A stretch of 63,887 bases of DNA, the filler included, from Hausera hauseri (Eukaryota): assembly GCA_046269625.1 (NCBI GenBank). It is 12 parts of 12 records of this genome, joined end to end, with 100 filler letters (N's around TTAATTAATTAA, not from the genome) between each part and the next. Parts side by side here need not be neighbours in the genome. Positions count along the whole stretch, not along the records: positions 48,369 to 55,589 come from JBJURY010029892.1; positions 55,690 to 59,799 come from JBJURY010755764.1; positions 59,900 to 63,887 come from JBJURY010836859.1; 9 more parts are not named here. The stretch is one strand, 5' to 3'. Position 1 is the first letter of the stretch, and every line of letters starts with the position of its first letter. Position numbers and translations under genes: made by a program. A model generated the notes under the pieces. It was given only the letters and a program-made list of their open reading frames with translations. It was not told the DNA's origin and searched no databases. Positions 48,269-60,959 of this stretch are shown here, one piece after another.

Positions 48269-48592
48269 NNNNNNNNNNNNNNNNNNNNNNNNNNNNNNNN
48301 NNNNNNNNNNNNTTAATTAATTAANNNNNNNNNNNNNNNNNNNNNNNNNNNNNNNNNNNNNNNNNNNNAAAAGGTCAATTTGGAATTCTGATCGATTTTT
48401 TGATTTTTTTGATTCAGATTTTTGGGTAATTAAGAGATCCTAACAACAGAAAATACTCAATTAATTTATTTAAATATTACTTCTAAAATTAATTTTATTG
48501 AAAAATTAAATTAAATTAAATTTATTTAATTTTGCTAAAAAATAATTTGTTTCAAAATTAATTTTAATTAATTCATTCTTAATTAAGAAATA

Positions 48593-51430
48593 ATGAAATC
48601 CAGAAAGAGAGCAGCAGTTCGAAACAATAATTTTGAAGATAGTGATTGCGAATATGATGAGTCAGAAAGAAGAAATGCAAAACGACGAAAGGCGGTATCA
48701 GAGTATATTTTAGATGAAGCCTCAGTGGCAGATGAAGATGAGGAATATGAGAGTTTTGAGGGAAATGATTATGTCGAATCATTGATAAACGATGATACTG
48801 ATGAATTTGACGAAGAAAATGAAGTTGACATTGGATTAAACCACAGACAAAATGACAACGAATTCAATCAGTTAATGGAAAAGAATGACGACGAGATTGA
48901 AGAATTCTTTGAAAACAGATATGGTGAATCATCTGTTCATCAATACGGAAATGGAAATGTAGATCGAGATGTTTCAAATCAACGTTTCCTTCCAACTTAC
49001 AAGGATGCCACAATATGGCAAGTTCGGTGCCATGTAGGAAAGGAAAGAGAAGCTGTGTTTAAATTGATGCAGAAATGTCAACATTTCTATACGAAAGGTG
49101 AACAATTGGGAATAATATCCTGTTATTATAGAAATTGTACTCCGGGAATTGTATACATTGAATCAATGAAAGAAAATTTTGTTAAAAATGCATTGATTGG
49201 AATAAAATGTCTGGAAAATAAGTATGAAAATATAAAAATAGTTCCAATTGAAGATCGTACAAATACGTTGAAAGTTGTAAAAGGAAGAACAGTGAAGATT
49301 GAAGATTTCGTAAGAATAAAGAAAGGTTTATACAAAGATGATTTGGCAAAAGTTGTCAAAATTGATGCAATTGACAATACAGTAACAGTAAAATTATTGC
49401 CACGAATTAACTACAAATCTCTTGGAAAACAACAGTCAAAGTCACGCAATGAACGATTTGTACGACCATCTGCGTCTCGATTCAATGCTGCTAAGATCGG
49501 CGAACTTGGATTTGAAGTGATTGTAAAGGGAGGATTAGCAAGATTCAAAAATCACGTGTACGATGAAAATGGCTTACTTCACATCAAAATGAAAATGGAA
49601 AACATTCAGAAAGATGATGTTCGACCAAATGAAGATGAAGTAAAACAATTCATTGATCAAAATGCCAATTTCAAAGGAAATCAAAACATTTTACAAGAAA
49701 CTAACCAAATATTTTACATTGGTGAAAATGTTATCGTAATCAATGGTGCCATGGAAACAATGGAAGGAGAAATTGTGTCGATAATGAATGGGACAATATA
49801 TGTGAGAACAAGTGACATTGACGAACCAATTGGGTTTCAAGAACACGAATTAGAAAAACGTTTCAAAACGGGTAGTCATGTTCAGGTATGTTCTGGTGCA
49901 CATAAGGGAGACACTGGAATTGTCGTAAACTCCAAAGGTTCTCTAGTTTATGTCTTAAATGAAAGTAGAACAAGTCAATTTGAATTATTATCGAGGAATT
50001 TGGTTCTGTTAAATAAAGATTCATCAGATATCATAAACAACAGTCAATTCCAAATTGGAAAACTCATTTCCATTGATCCAAAGACAGTAGGGATTGTTGT
50101 AGAAATTCAACATTCATCCATTAAAGTATTGACAAATGATAATAAGATAGTGACATTTGATAAAAATGAAAATTTCAAGGAAATTGTAAACAAGAGGTGT
50201 GCTGCATTGGACACAAACAAAAACGAAATCAGACTGAACGACATAGTCAATGTCATTAGTGGAACAAACAGTGGTAAATCTGGACAAGTGAGACACATTT
50301 GGAAGGCCTTTGTGTTTATCCATTTTGGTCAACTTCAGAATCAATGTTTCGCTGTTGTAAAGGCTGCTTGTGTTAGTAAAAAAGGAGCTGTGATAACATC
50401 CAAGCAAAAACCCAGTTCACCCAAGAGAAAATTCGGAACTGAAGAGAATAAAAATCAGAGACGTGAACAATTCAAAACCCCATTTCCAACACAAAATGAC
50501 AGGAAAACTGTTGGGTCCACAGTGAAAATTATACGAGGACCACTGAAAGGATCAGTTGGAATTATCAAAAATATTTTAGTCGGTGAATCCAAAATTGAAC
50601 TTCATTCAACATTCCGCACCGTCGTAGTGAAAAAAGAAAACTACATCATTTGTGGCGAGAACAATCAAATAACACATTCAACAAATGAAAATTTGTCAAT
50701 CAGATCCAATTCCAATTGCAGTTTAAACAGAACTCCAGTTTTCCAAAATCACTCATCTGCATCAAAGACTCCACAATATGGTGAAACAACTCCGTTTTAT
50801 AAAAATTACGAACCAAGTCAAATTCCGACGATGAATAACTTTTCTACACTTTCTTCAACAACTCCTTCCCATGCGGCATTTGATCCAATTGGATCCACTC
50901 CAATTTATCCAAATTATGCATCTTCGTCTATGGATAACAAATTGAATGGTATTCGAGATTTAGATGCTGCTGATGAATCCAGTAGTTCATTTCATAGAAA
51001 TCTGAATGAAAAATCAGTTTCCTTCAGTCCAAGAACACCAATTCTGTCAGATGGCATAGATGGTGAATCATTTACCAAAGTATTTTCTAAATCTCCATGT
51101 TTATTGAAGGAACATGTTGTTCAAAATGCAGAAGTTTATGTTTGTAATTCTCAAATAGCCAATGGAGAAAAAGGAGTAATAGTTGGCAATGTTTCTGACA
51201 AAATTACTGTACGGTTGTTACGTAACAACAACACAGTTCATGTTTGTTTAAATGATCTTCGACGAGTTGTTCCGATTGCTGGAAATCGAGTATGTATCAT
51301 TACAGAAAATTCACATTCAAATACATTTGGAATTTGTATGTCAATTGATGACTTAGAAGTCTGTGTGAAAAAGGATGATGGGAAATTGCGATTGTTAAGT
51401 CCAGATAGACTTGTAACAATTCGACAATGA
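48593..51430 (+). CDS. SPT5: Transcription elongation factor SPT5 (DSIF large subunit), intronless, 945 aa
   Basis: Acidic N-terminus (YILDEA.V), LPT.KD..IW.V.C..GKERE NGN domain, KOW1 VRIKKGLYKDDLA.V...VKLLPRINY, further KOWs (KRFKTGSHV.V.SG.HKGDTGIVV; VKIIRGPLKGSVGIIK...ELHS), short CTR (KTPQYG, TTP) and terminal KOWs. AATAAA follows the stop. Confidence 0.95.
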   Translation: MKSRKRAAVRNNNFEDSDCEYDESERRNAKRRKAVSEYILDEASVADEDEEYESFEGNDYVESLINDDTDEFDEENEVDIGLNHRQNDNEFNQLMEKNDDEIEEFFENRYGESSVHQYGNGNVDRDVSNQRFLPTYKDATIWQVRCHVGKEREAVFKLMQKCQHFYTKGEQLGIISCYYRNCTPGIVYIESMKENFVKNALIGIKCLENKYENIKIVPIEDRTNTLKVVKGRTVKIEDFVRIKKGLYKDDLAKVVKIDAIDNTVTVKLLPRINYKSLGKQQSKSRNERFVRPSASRFNAAKIGELGFEVIVKGGLARFKNHVYDENGLLHIKMKMENIQKDDVRPNEDEVKQFIDQNANFKGNQNILQETNQIFYIGENVIVINGAMETMEGEIVSIMNGTIYVRTSDIDEPIGFQEHELEKRFKTGSHVQVCSGAHKGDTGIVVNSKGSLVYVLNESRTSQFELLSRNLVLLNKDSSDIINNSQFQIGKLISIDPKTVGIVVEIQHSSIKVLTNDNKIVTFDKNENFKEIVNKRCAALDTNKNEIRLNDIVNVISGTNSGKSGQVRHIWKAFVFIHFGQLQNQCFAVVKAACVSKKGAVITSKQKPSSPKRKFGTEENKNQRREQFKTPFPTQNDRKTVGSTVKIIRGPLKGSVGIIKNILVGESKIELHSTFRTVVVKKENYIICGENNQITHSTNENLSIRSNSNCSLNRTPVFQNHSSASKTPQYGETTPFYKNYEPSQIPTMNNFSTLSSTTPSHAAFDPIGSTPIYPNYASSSMDNKLNGIRDLDAADESSSSFHRNLNEKSVSFSPRTPILSDGIDGESFTKVFSKSPCLLKEHVVQNAEVYVCNSQIANGEKGVIVGNVSDKITVRLLRNNNTVHVCLNDLRRVVPIAGNRVCIITENSHSNTFGICMSIDDLEVCVKKDDGKLRLLSPDRLVTIRQ

Positions 51431-52572
51431 TTTTTGTTTTTTTAATAAATTTTTGTTTCTTTCATCTAATTTTTTATTGTTTTTATATAATTTCTGAATG
51501 TTATTTAATTACAAATTTCAGTTAATGAATTAATTTGTCAAGCTGTCCTGTTTATCCATATTCTGTAGAAAATCAGAATGATAAATTTATTTAAAATTTC
51601 CTATATTTCAATGAAAATTATATAAAAACCATTGAAAATGAAATAATAGTCACCAATCATTAAATAAAATATCAATATAAAATAATTTGTCGAGAATATT
51701 GGTAAAAATTATTTCCATGTCCATATGGTATGGAAATGCAGAGTAGTCAATTGAATTACAAAAAATATTTCCTATACCCGATTTAACAAGTAAAATACAT
51801 CATTTTTCAAAGGAAAAAATTGGCTCAATCGGGATTCGAACCTCTCCATCTTCCGATTTAAAATACACTCAGAGATCCGAACTTCCGGGCTTCGGAGGTG
51901 TGGGAATTTTGCCCCAAACCTAGTTTGATGAAGTAAAATTTTAGAAAAATCCTGTTTGAAATATTAATAGAATGCCTTAATGGAATGGTTTGATATTCCA
52001 TTGAATAGAGTATGTAAAAGGGTTTGATCCATGTGTTGAATATAATTAACGATGAACAAATGCCGATATTGATGAACAAATATCGATGTCGACGAAATAA
52101 CGTAATCGGAATTCTATAAAACTGTGCTAAAAATTTGATTTAATTTACTCACAACTAGACGAATTAGCATTTTTTTGTTATTCAACTTGAATTTTTCTGT
52201 ACTCTTCTTATTCTAAATTCATTTAATCTCGTTTTGCGTGTCATTTTATACAAGTATATTGGAATTTTTCTTGATATTGTGACACAAATTATTTTCTTTT
52301 GATGGCAAGAAAACAACGATAGTATTACCAGAAAATGAATAAAAATTATTTAGAAAATTATATTTATTTGACAAATAAAGTGAATAACAAAGGAAATTGA
52401 ACATAAAATATGTCACATAATTAAATACGAAATGTAAAGTATGAAATTATTCGATGGTCAGTTCAAATAAATATTTTATGTGGAAGAAGTGGGAAAAAAG
52501 AAAATAAAATAATTAAATAAATATATTTGAATTATTTTCCAATAAAATTTTAAATAATTAAATTGCGGAAAA

Positions 52573-53279
52573 TTGTTTTATTCATTTCCATTTCTAATTG
52601 AAATAAAAATCATAATTCGTGCGGCAATGAAAACATTTTTAATGAAAAAAAAGCAATTACAAGAAAACAAAATAAAAACAAAATTAGAATTGTGGAAACA
52701 AAAAATTGTAGAGAAAAAGGAACAAATTTTTGTCGATGTCAAGAAAAAGACTAACGAAATTAAATCCGATGTGACTCATCGAATAGAGAAAATAGTAAAC
52801 CATAAGAAATCATCAGAGAAAATTAAGGAAAGTCAAAGTATTTCGCCATTTTATGAATATATTTCCCGAATGCAAGATATTATTAATGAGGCAGGAGAAA
52901 GTGAAGATGGTATGGGGTAAATTTTATAAACAAATTAAATCAACACAACAATGAGTACGTGGATATCAAAGTTGTGCCGATTGTAGAAATGGGAATTCCA
53001 ATAGAAGAAATAAAATTTCCAGAAAATCAGTTCAATAAGAGTCCCTCATCCAATCAATCAGAACATTTGTCAAACAAACAAAATGATGCAACAGTTATCG
53101 ACATGTCTGGACTTTGTGAACAATTTGAATACTCTTTGGAAATGACAAATGAAAATAAAAATGTCGAGTTAAATGTAACGAATTTCGGCAAAAGTACGTT
53201 AGCAAATGTTCTTTCAAAATTGCAATTTATTGCTGTTATGATATTCGTCTTTCTATTCATTTATATGTTCGCTTTGTAA
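52573..53279 (+). CDS. Hypothetical host protein (Lys/Glu-rich coil plus C-terminal transmembrane segment), split into two ORFs
   Basis: Two adjacent ORFs; the second ends in the hydrophobic FIAVMIFVFLFIYMFAL followed by AATAAA. No frame-restoring intron verified. Confidence 0.35.
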
Positions 53280-54199
53280 ATAATTTTCATTGAAATAAAT
53301 TTTTATGTTTTATAAATTGTTACTTTTTACAATTTTTACAAGTTGTTTATACATGATGTTGTGTTATTAGTAAATTGCATCAATTTAAATGTCTAGGTAA
53401 TAAAATTTTCACAAAAGCCTAACATTTTATGTAGTATATTTAATATCCTATAAATCAGTTATCAAGTAAAATATAAATAAATATTAATAAATAATACATA
53501 AGTAATAAAGGAAAATGAACAAAATTTTGATTGAATAAATAATTTCTTATACTACAAAATAAATATTTTTTGATCTATTTTCATTCATTTTTGTTTAAAT
53601 AAATTACTTTAAATGAATTTAAATTGAATTTTAAATATTTGATCTCATTACTCTTGTACATAATTTTCCCGTAACGCACAACACCAATTTTACCACAAAT
53701 CATGGTGTCCGTCTAACTTTAAACATATTAACCTTAAATATAATACTCATAACAATTCAATTTTGTAATTCAGAACAATTCAGAAACCATTTCTTGAAGA
53801 AAAACTTTAGACAAATGTTTTTATAGTTAAATTTGGTGTTCAGCTTTGTTCAATATTTAGAGTTATGTGGATACCATGGATTTTAGTAAAATTTGCGTTA
53901 TGCATTACAGGAGAATAATGTACAAGTTTTAAATAAATATTTTTTTCGTAAACAAAAAGTCAGAGAGGGGTAAAATATAATGTCGATTAGTAATATGTAA
54001 AACATTTTGCCTAGAAATCCAAAATAATAATAATTCTTCAATATAAAATAATTCTTCATAAATAATTCTTCATTACTTTCATGGGAATATTTGTATTTCT
54101 TCTCGAAAGTGCAATTTCCTTTTGCGCATGCCCAACACGCTCCTTTAGCAATTGGAATCTTCTCCTTGACTTCGGTAAAGTGGTTATGGTGATAATTTA

Positions 54200-55577
54200 T
54201 CCTTTTCTCTTCGGAGCCATGATTTTGACCGTAATCATTACCCTGGATATGCCTGTAGTCATTAGGTCTTGCACCTCTTTACTCTTTTTTCTCTGAAACG
54301 TCGATTCCATGCGCTGATGCCGATGACACACGACAAATATCGGCTTCCTCTTCTAACCAATATTTCAAATCGCCGACAGCTTCATCTTTTCTACAACTTC
54401 TACGATGCCTTTCCCATTGACTGATTAATGTCTCTGGTAGCTTCTCTACGACAATTTTATATAGCAATCCACTATCAAGATCATTTTCTTTGTTCATGTT
54501 TCTCAGTCGTACTGTAACGGCTTCCAATAATGATACTAAATTATCTACCTGCTTAACGTTATTTATGCTTATCTTCTCGAATTTACGGATCTCGTCTTTT
54601 ATCGCAGCGAAATTCCTTTGTTTCCACCATAAAACCTTTCAAGTTTCTGTAAAATTGCTTCGTACGACGTTTCGCTGATCCCAAAATTTGCCGGTAAATT
54701 TTTTGCTTCACCACTAAGACAAGATTCCAACTTTATCTGCTTTTCTACTGCTGATATTGGAGTTCGGTGTACATATACATCAAACGTTTGCCTCTATTTT
54801 TTGTAATCATCAACGTGTCCGCTAAATTTCGGCAATTCTATCCTGCTCAAGCGGGGACACAAATTGTTAGTAACTGTAGTCTCTGTGGTCTTTTGTCGAT
54901 TTCTTTCCTGGTCGTCCCGTTTAGCTGCTATATTCCGAAGTCCTGCCACTACATCTGCATTTAGCTGACTTAAGACTTCTCTGTCTTGAATCAGGTCTTC
55001 TAATTCGTCGGTTCACTTTTCTGTTATGCGACAATTTGCAATTCTAATATTTCTGAAAAAGTTTCTTCACAGATTTCGCAAAAATCATCATAAGTTTTTC
55101 GAATTCCTTTTTCGGAATTGTCAATAACCTTCCGTGTATACTCTCCAACCGGGACTTCAATTTTTCTTTCATTAGCAGTCTTGTTTCGAATTCCTTTGCT
55201 AGTAGTTTTGTGTTTTCGGTATTCGACTTGAGTTTCTTCTCGTAATTTCTATTTGGTTTTTTGCTGCCTCCTTTTAATCCAAGAATCAAATATATTGTAG
55301 TTCCGTGAACTAGCTTCTCTACATCATTATCTGTTACTATTCTTTTACCTTGATAGAACAATTTCAATGAATCTGCTGATATCTTCCATTTTTCTTCTAT
55401 TTTGACAATCAGTTCATTTCCGGATCTGATCTTTTCCAAATTGATTTGGATTAATATACCTTCTTGAACTCTTATGAACATTTGTCTAACGTTTCCATTT
55501 GATGTCGTATTTTTCTCATTTTCCTTTTCAATTGGGAAAGTGTGTCTTTCTTCTTCCTTTATCCAATTTTCTTCCAT
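54200..55577 (-). mobile_element. BEL/Pao gag remnant (DUF1759-like) preceded by a ubiquitin-like domain
   Basis: VHRTPISAVEKQIKLESCLSGEAK, LLEAVTVRL......DL..GLLY.IVVEKLP..LI.QW.R and L..WL..EA are Pao-type gag motifs. The upstream ORF has a Ubl ending LILGLKGG. Confidence 0.75.
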
Positions 55578-56076
55578 CTTCTTGAAAATNNNNNNNNNNN
55601 NNNNNNNNNNNNNNNNNNNNNNNNNNNNNNNNNTTAATTAATTAANNNNNNNNNNNNNNNNNNNNNNNNNNNNNNNNNNNNNNNNNNNNAAAATGCACAT
55701 GGGTATATTTTCATTGATTTTACACAACAATGTCCAGATGATGAACGGGTTAAAACAGATATATTTTATCAGAATGGAATAACTGTGTATAAACAAATTT
55801 CTTTCAATCGGGTATTCGCGGGGCATGACTTTTGAAATAAGCATAGGGTTGTTTCCGATGAAAACCCCAGTCTCTTGTATATAGATGTAAATTACTTATA
55901 TTGCTGGGCTTTATCACAACCTCTGTTATTTGCGAATCTGACTTAAATTTACGATGAGGACGTTTAGACTAGTCTAAACCGACAATTACTGTTATCGTAT
56001 TGAGTAAAAATATCCGTAGGAGCAGAATTAGATTAATATAAAATATATTCCAGAAATTGAATACGAGAACCAGCAA

Positions 56077-57560
56077 TTAAATTTCAAAGTTAAAATGTAT
56101 AAACTGATATAACCTGAAAATTAAAATGGATGATAAAATCGATTTATTCAAATTTTTTATGTTTGCTCCCCATTTCATTAATGAGCTGATTACCATTGTT
56201 ACACGGATTCGAGGATAGCTTATCATTGCACGACTTGCAATAAAATTATTTTCCTTAAAAATAAATTTCATGTCGATAATTTTCTCCTTGCAATGTTGAC
56301 ACAGGAAACAGTCGTAATAGTACGACATATTCAGATGCGACGCTCCGCCTTCCAACACGGATTTGGAACGTTTCGTACATTTCTTAACGTGTTTCGGTTC
56401 TAAACACTTTGAAAAAACCGATTTGTTTTCCATCTTGATGAAATTCTCATTGCCAATAGTTTTCTTACAATCATCGCACGTGAAACAATCATAGTGCCAG
56501 CTTTTGTCATTGAGACAGGCGATTTTCTTGTCGCATTCCACATGCAAATTGAACTTTGGATATTTCGGTACAATCTTTTCTTTGTGACATTTTTCACAGA
56601 ATAATTTCTCAAAAACAAACGCGACTGATGCCAAAGGAGCTCTTTAAAGCTGATATCCGGAGATTCACAATTGATTGTTTGTTGGCATTTCGAACATTTG
56701 TGCGCTAGCTTTTGGTTGTAACAGGCCACACACACGGATTTATTATCACGTGATAAGTAACGCTGTTTGGCCAACGAGGAATCGCACAACGCGCATGCGA
56801 AATGGTTGAGATGGAAGTCTTCATCATTTGCACGGATATATTCCACGGAAAATATCAATTCGTCACATGCACCGCATCTAGGTCTGATATTTGTAGCATA
56901 ATGGCGGATGCAATGGACTTTATTGTTGTGTGCAGCATAAATGTAATCCGTTAGTAACTCGTGACAAGTCGTACATGTGAAGCAATGAGGATGCCAATAC
57001 TGTTTCGAAACGGAATTGGTGTCGATTGTTACTGCGAAATCAGTAACTTTAATGGTCACTTGGCATTCAACACAAATGACATTATCATCCACCACTCTGC
57101 AGACATATGCAATTCCAATATCTCTTGTATTTTGATTCAACAAGAATTTTTCTGCTTCTTGCCGTTCCACAGCGGTGTGTAAATGGCAGAATTTCTCAAC
57201 ACATCTGTCTTCCACTGTGATTTGCAGTCGAATATTTTTCTTTCGCAATATTTTACCGGGAATTTTTTCAAACATTTCCAACGATCCAGCAACTTTATCT
57301 GTTTCATTCAATTTTAAACCTATTGGAAGCCATATTTTATCAACTTTTGAAGCAATTGATAATGCCTCTTGATAGCTGTTATAAAACGGTTTGCCGAATA
57401 ACTTCGTTTCATCAAAAATGGGCAAGGTTGATTCATCGGAAATATCGTGTTTTTCAACACTACAGTTGCAATCTAGACAGTTTTTTCTGCAACTATGAAT
57501 CTTAAAGCCATTACATTTCGTACAATTGTTACAACTCAATCCAATGTCTGATTAAGTTTT
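56077..57560 (-). pseudogene. PET + multi-LIM protein (testin/prickle/limpet-FHL family), frameshifted
   Basis: N-terminal C..C.GF..H..RK.C..C.C...H, PET-like region, and five or six LIM fingers (WHPHCFTCTTC, RPRCGACDELIF, FHLNHFAC, WHYDCFTC). Frameshift near 56625. Confidence 0.88.
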
Positions 57561-57629
57561 TGTCGCCTTTTGTCGCACTTCCCAACGCCAATTCGGCCTA
57601 TCGAAACTTTAAATAAACCATTTGGTGCC

Positions 57630-57685
57630 CTTCATTAAAGGCTCGAATTTTGGACCACCGGGTAAAGCAACATTCAATGCCTGAT
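57630..57685 (-). pseudogene. PRP8: Short PRP8 fragment
   Basis: ALNVALPGGPKFEPL matches the conserved PRP8 N-terminal ALN.AIPGGPKFEPL motif. The flanks do not match. Confidence 0.6.
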
Positions 57686-58249
57686 AGCAACAGAATTCTG
57701 ATAAGGATTTATCGGATGAAATTTTCAATCTTGGATGTAATTTGAAAAGGATTTTCAAAACCAACGGACAAGCAGAATAGCCCTGATCGAACTTTTTAGA
57801 AAAATCCGAAAATTCTTCATCACGTGACAAACTCTCCAATTTTAAATTAGCTGAATCTTGTGATACTAAAAAATCCGAACAAATTCGACTTTTAACTAAT
57901 TTTTTAAGAAGCATACGTTGATTAACGTACTTTATGCGTGTGTTAATTTTATCAAAAATGGCACCAAGTGAATAACAATGATTACCTAATCTTTCTTTTC
58001 CGTCTTCATTAATATTGTCACAATTGTCAGTATGATGAAAGTAAAGAAATAGTTGCTTCTGTGAATTAATGACTGCGAGTATTAACCAAAATGGTGCAAC
58101 ATTTCTTTTAATATTACTGATTTTGCTTTCGAACACCGGATTGGAAGTCCAATTTTGGTAGACTATTCTAAACGAATAGGACAATTTGCCAAATGACTTA
58201 CTAGTAGCAGCAGCTTTCATATTATCACATCGAAAAAACGTTTTCAATT

Positions 58250-58434
58250 GAACGTAAAACCATATCGATTATATCCGTGATATTCACTTTTCCATACTTC
58301 TTATAAGCCAAATTAAAACCTGACAAGATTCCCGGAATAGCAACAGAATCAGCGACTCCATATCCGGTAGAAATAAAATCGCTTTTTACATTTGAAGGTG
58401 CGACGCAAGAAAGATCTATTATTTCTGACACCAT
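58250..58434 (-). pseudogene. Gamma-glutamyltranspeptidase-like fragment
   Basis: IID....AP.......SVAIPGILSGF..A.KKYGK resembles the GGT ID.RE.AP...SVAVPG.L.G...AH.KYG motif. Confidence 0.55.
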
Positions 58435-60004
58435 TTTATTATCTGAACTGTTTGATAAATATCCATTTACACAATATACATTTGAAAATGAGCGATTAAT
58501 TTAATTTTAGAAATAAAAGATGATCGGATTAATTCCAATGGTAGAGAATAAAAGAAATTTCGATACATTTCCAAATAAATAGAGCACAAATTCTAAAAAA
58601 ATTAAGATCCGACAATCTAAAAAGAAAATGTTTGCTAAATTTGTATCCAAATTAAATTACAAGCTGTCTATCAAAACACATTTACATTATTTAAACAAAG
58701 ATTTATTTATTGACAAAAATTATGATCACAATAAAATCTGGTTTGGTAATCGGGATAGGTTTTTCATTACATCAACGAAAATGCTTGTATGATTTCGAGT
58801 TAAAATAGAGTTTAAAGTAGCAAATGGATGTTTGATAATCTTAGTGTTAGGTTTTTCCACTTCTTCGGATTCGCCTTTAAATGTTTCTTTCGAATCTAGG
58901 AACGCATTATACTAACGTTCGCAATAATCATTATACTTTTTCTAAAATTCAGCAATTCTTACAAAATTAATCATGAGGTTGCAAGTTTCTTGTAGTAAGA
59001 CAACGGTTTTTTCCATATTAAACAAATAACATGGAAAAGAGGTTCTGTCAGTTGAGTAATTTTGCCAGATTCAGACTGTTCTAATCCTTCAAATTGATTA
59101 CGCAATGGAGACAAATACAGATTGGTAGGTTTTCATTCTTTTAATGAAGTCGCGACGGACTTGAACGTGTTTTGAATGGTAACCCATACGAGCTGTCAAC
59201 TTTTTACGCCCATTTTCTTTACTTTCAGTAAAATGAGTTGCACACAAATATATTGGAGATTTCGACATCTCGTATTCCAGTAGTCCAATTCGACAAACGG
59301 TGTCGGATTCAATCCTACTAACAACTGTTCTGCTCAACTCTTTTGCAGGATGTCATTGATCTAATGGGTCTATTCAACGACAGTTGTTTCGACTGTGTAA
59401 ACTAAACTTCTTGGAATGTTACTTGAAAGCAGAAGCATACGAATTACTATCGTTGAATGCCTCGCAAATATTATTCACTAATCGTCAATCTAAATCTTCC
59501 GTACTAGCCCAAAAAATTTTAATGATCACTAATAAAGTCTTTTCCAATGGGTCTAGGCAACTGTAACTTTGTTCAGTAAAGATCTTGAAAATCTATTTAA
59601 ATTCATTGAGTGACACTTTGGCTAAGATTTCTGACTTTAATTCCAGATATTTGGACTTTATGGGTTGGTCTTCATTGCCTGGTGATTCGGTACTAACAGA
59701 CGGACTGCTATTTGCAACAGTGATTGGAAGACGTCCTTCTTCATTATTGGAAGCAGATGAATTGTGAAAATCGAAATTGATAGCGTTAATTGAGTAATCN
59801 NNNNNNNNNNNNNNNNNNNNNNNNNNNNNNNNNNNNNNNNNNNTTAATTAATTAANNNNNNNNNNNNNNNNNNNNNNNNNNNNNNNNNNNNNNNNNNNNT
59901 GTTTATACTATAGCTATTTATATGCGTGTAACACGATTATAAACAAATCATGTGGTGAGGAAAGGTTGTATTATTATTATTACTATTATTAGGTGAAGCT
60001 ACAG

Positions 60005-60600
60005 AATGATGCAATTTTCCAGATTGTAGGCCCCAGTGGAAGTGGCAAAACATATGTTGTGTGTAAACTATTGCAGAACTACCGTGACATGTTCCATTCA
60101 CCGCGGTACAATCACATATAGTGGTATCATGGTGTTAGTGATGATGGTGAGTCCGGTCTGACACATTGGGAATTTTGTAAACTGAAATTGATAACGGTAA
60201 CTGATGGGTTTGATGAGAATTGGTCAGAGAGATTACGCAATGGTGACGTTATTGTTGCTGATGATTTATTTCAAGAGGCAACAAAACAATCGGACTTCAA
60301 CAACCTGTTCACGAAGATTGCACGACACCGTGGTGTGACGGTTATTTTCATTACACAAAACATGTTCTATCAGGGCGGACAAATTCGGACAAGAAATCTA
60401 AACGTACACTATTTGGTGTTGTTCAAAAATCCCTGTGATCAGACTATCATTGATTATGTTGAACGACAAGCATTCCTCACAATCGAGCCTACTTGATAGA
60501 TGCATATCATGATGCTACGACCGAGATACACGGATACTTATTCATCGACTTTACACAACAGTGTCAAGATGACATGCGTGTACGAAAAGGCATTTTCAAT
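60005..60600 (+). pseudogene. Polinton/adintovirus A32/FtsK-like DNA packaging ATPase
   Basis: Walker A IVGPSGSGKT at 60029, Walker B IVADDLF, LFTKIARHRGVTVIFITQN, R...LN.HYLVLFKNP.D, DAY.DAT...HGYLFID....D.MRVR..IF. One stop and one frameshift. Confidence 0.9.
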
Positions 60601-60959
60601 CCGAAAGGTGGTGTGTGTCTACAAGCAAATTCGAAAATCTACGACATAATTGTGATAAAAATGAAGAATGTCCAAAAAACGATTGTTAAACGCAAACTTA
60701 CCAAGCGGATGTCCGCCAAAAAACGTGTATCAAAACTAATCACCGCTACAGTCAAGCGATTAATCAATTCTGTGCTTCGAACAACAATAGAAGCAGCAGC
60801 TAGATGCAAATTACCGCCACAGTGGCAACAGTTATATATAACTACGCCTCATCAGCATCAGTACGTCCAAAAAAATGCGATTCAAACGTAGTCAGCCGTA
60901 CTTTATTGCTTTGATCAAGGCACCTACCTGACATAAGCGAAACATGCTGCGATCATTCC

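Noticed and set aside
51821-51920. tRNA gene suggested by GGTTCGAATCCC...CCA on the minus strand
   Set aside because: No convincing T-stem, D-arm or acceptor stem could be built; at most a remnant.
54030-54075. Three AATAATTCTTCA repeats
   Set aside because: Short local slippage duplication in very AT-rich DNA with no associated structure.
58800-59799. Possible decayed coding region on the minus strand
   Set aside because: It looks protein-like, but no family motif could be recognised, so it is left uncalled.
5545-59899. Regularly recurring TTAATTAATTAA palindrome as a biological repeat array, and any operon-like linkage across segments
   Set aside because: It is always centred in exactly 44+44 Ns, so it is an assembly linker. 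Genes in different segments are not shown to be linked.
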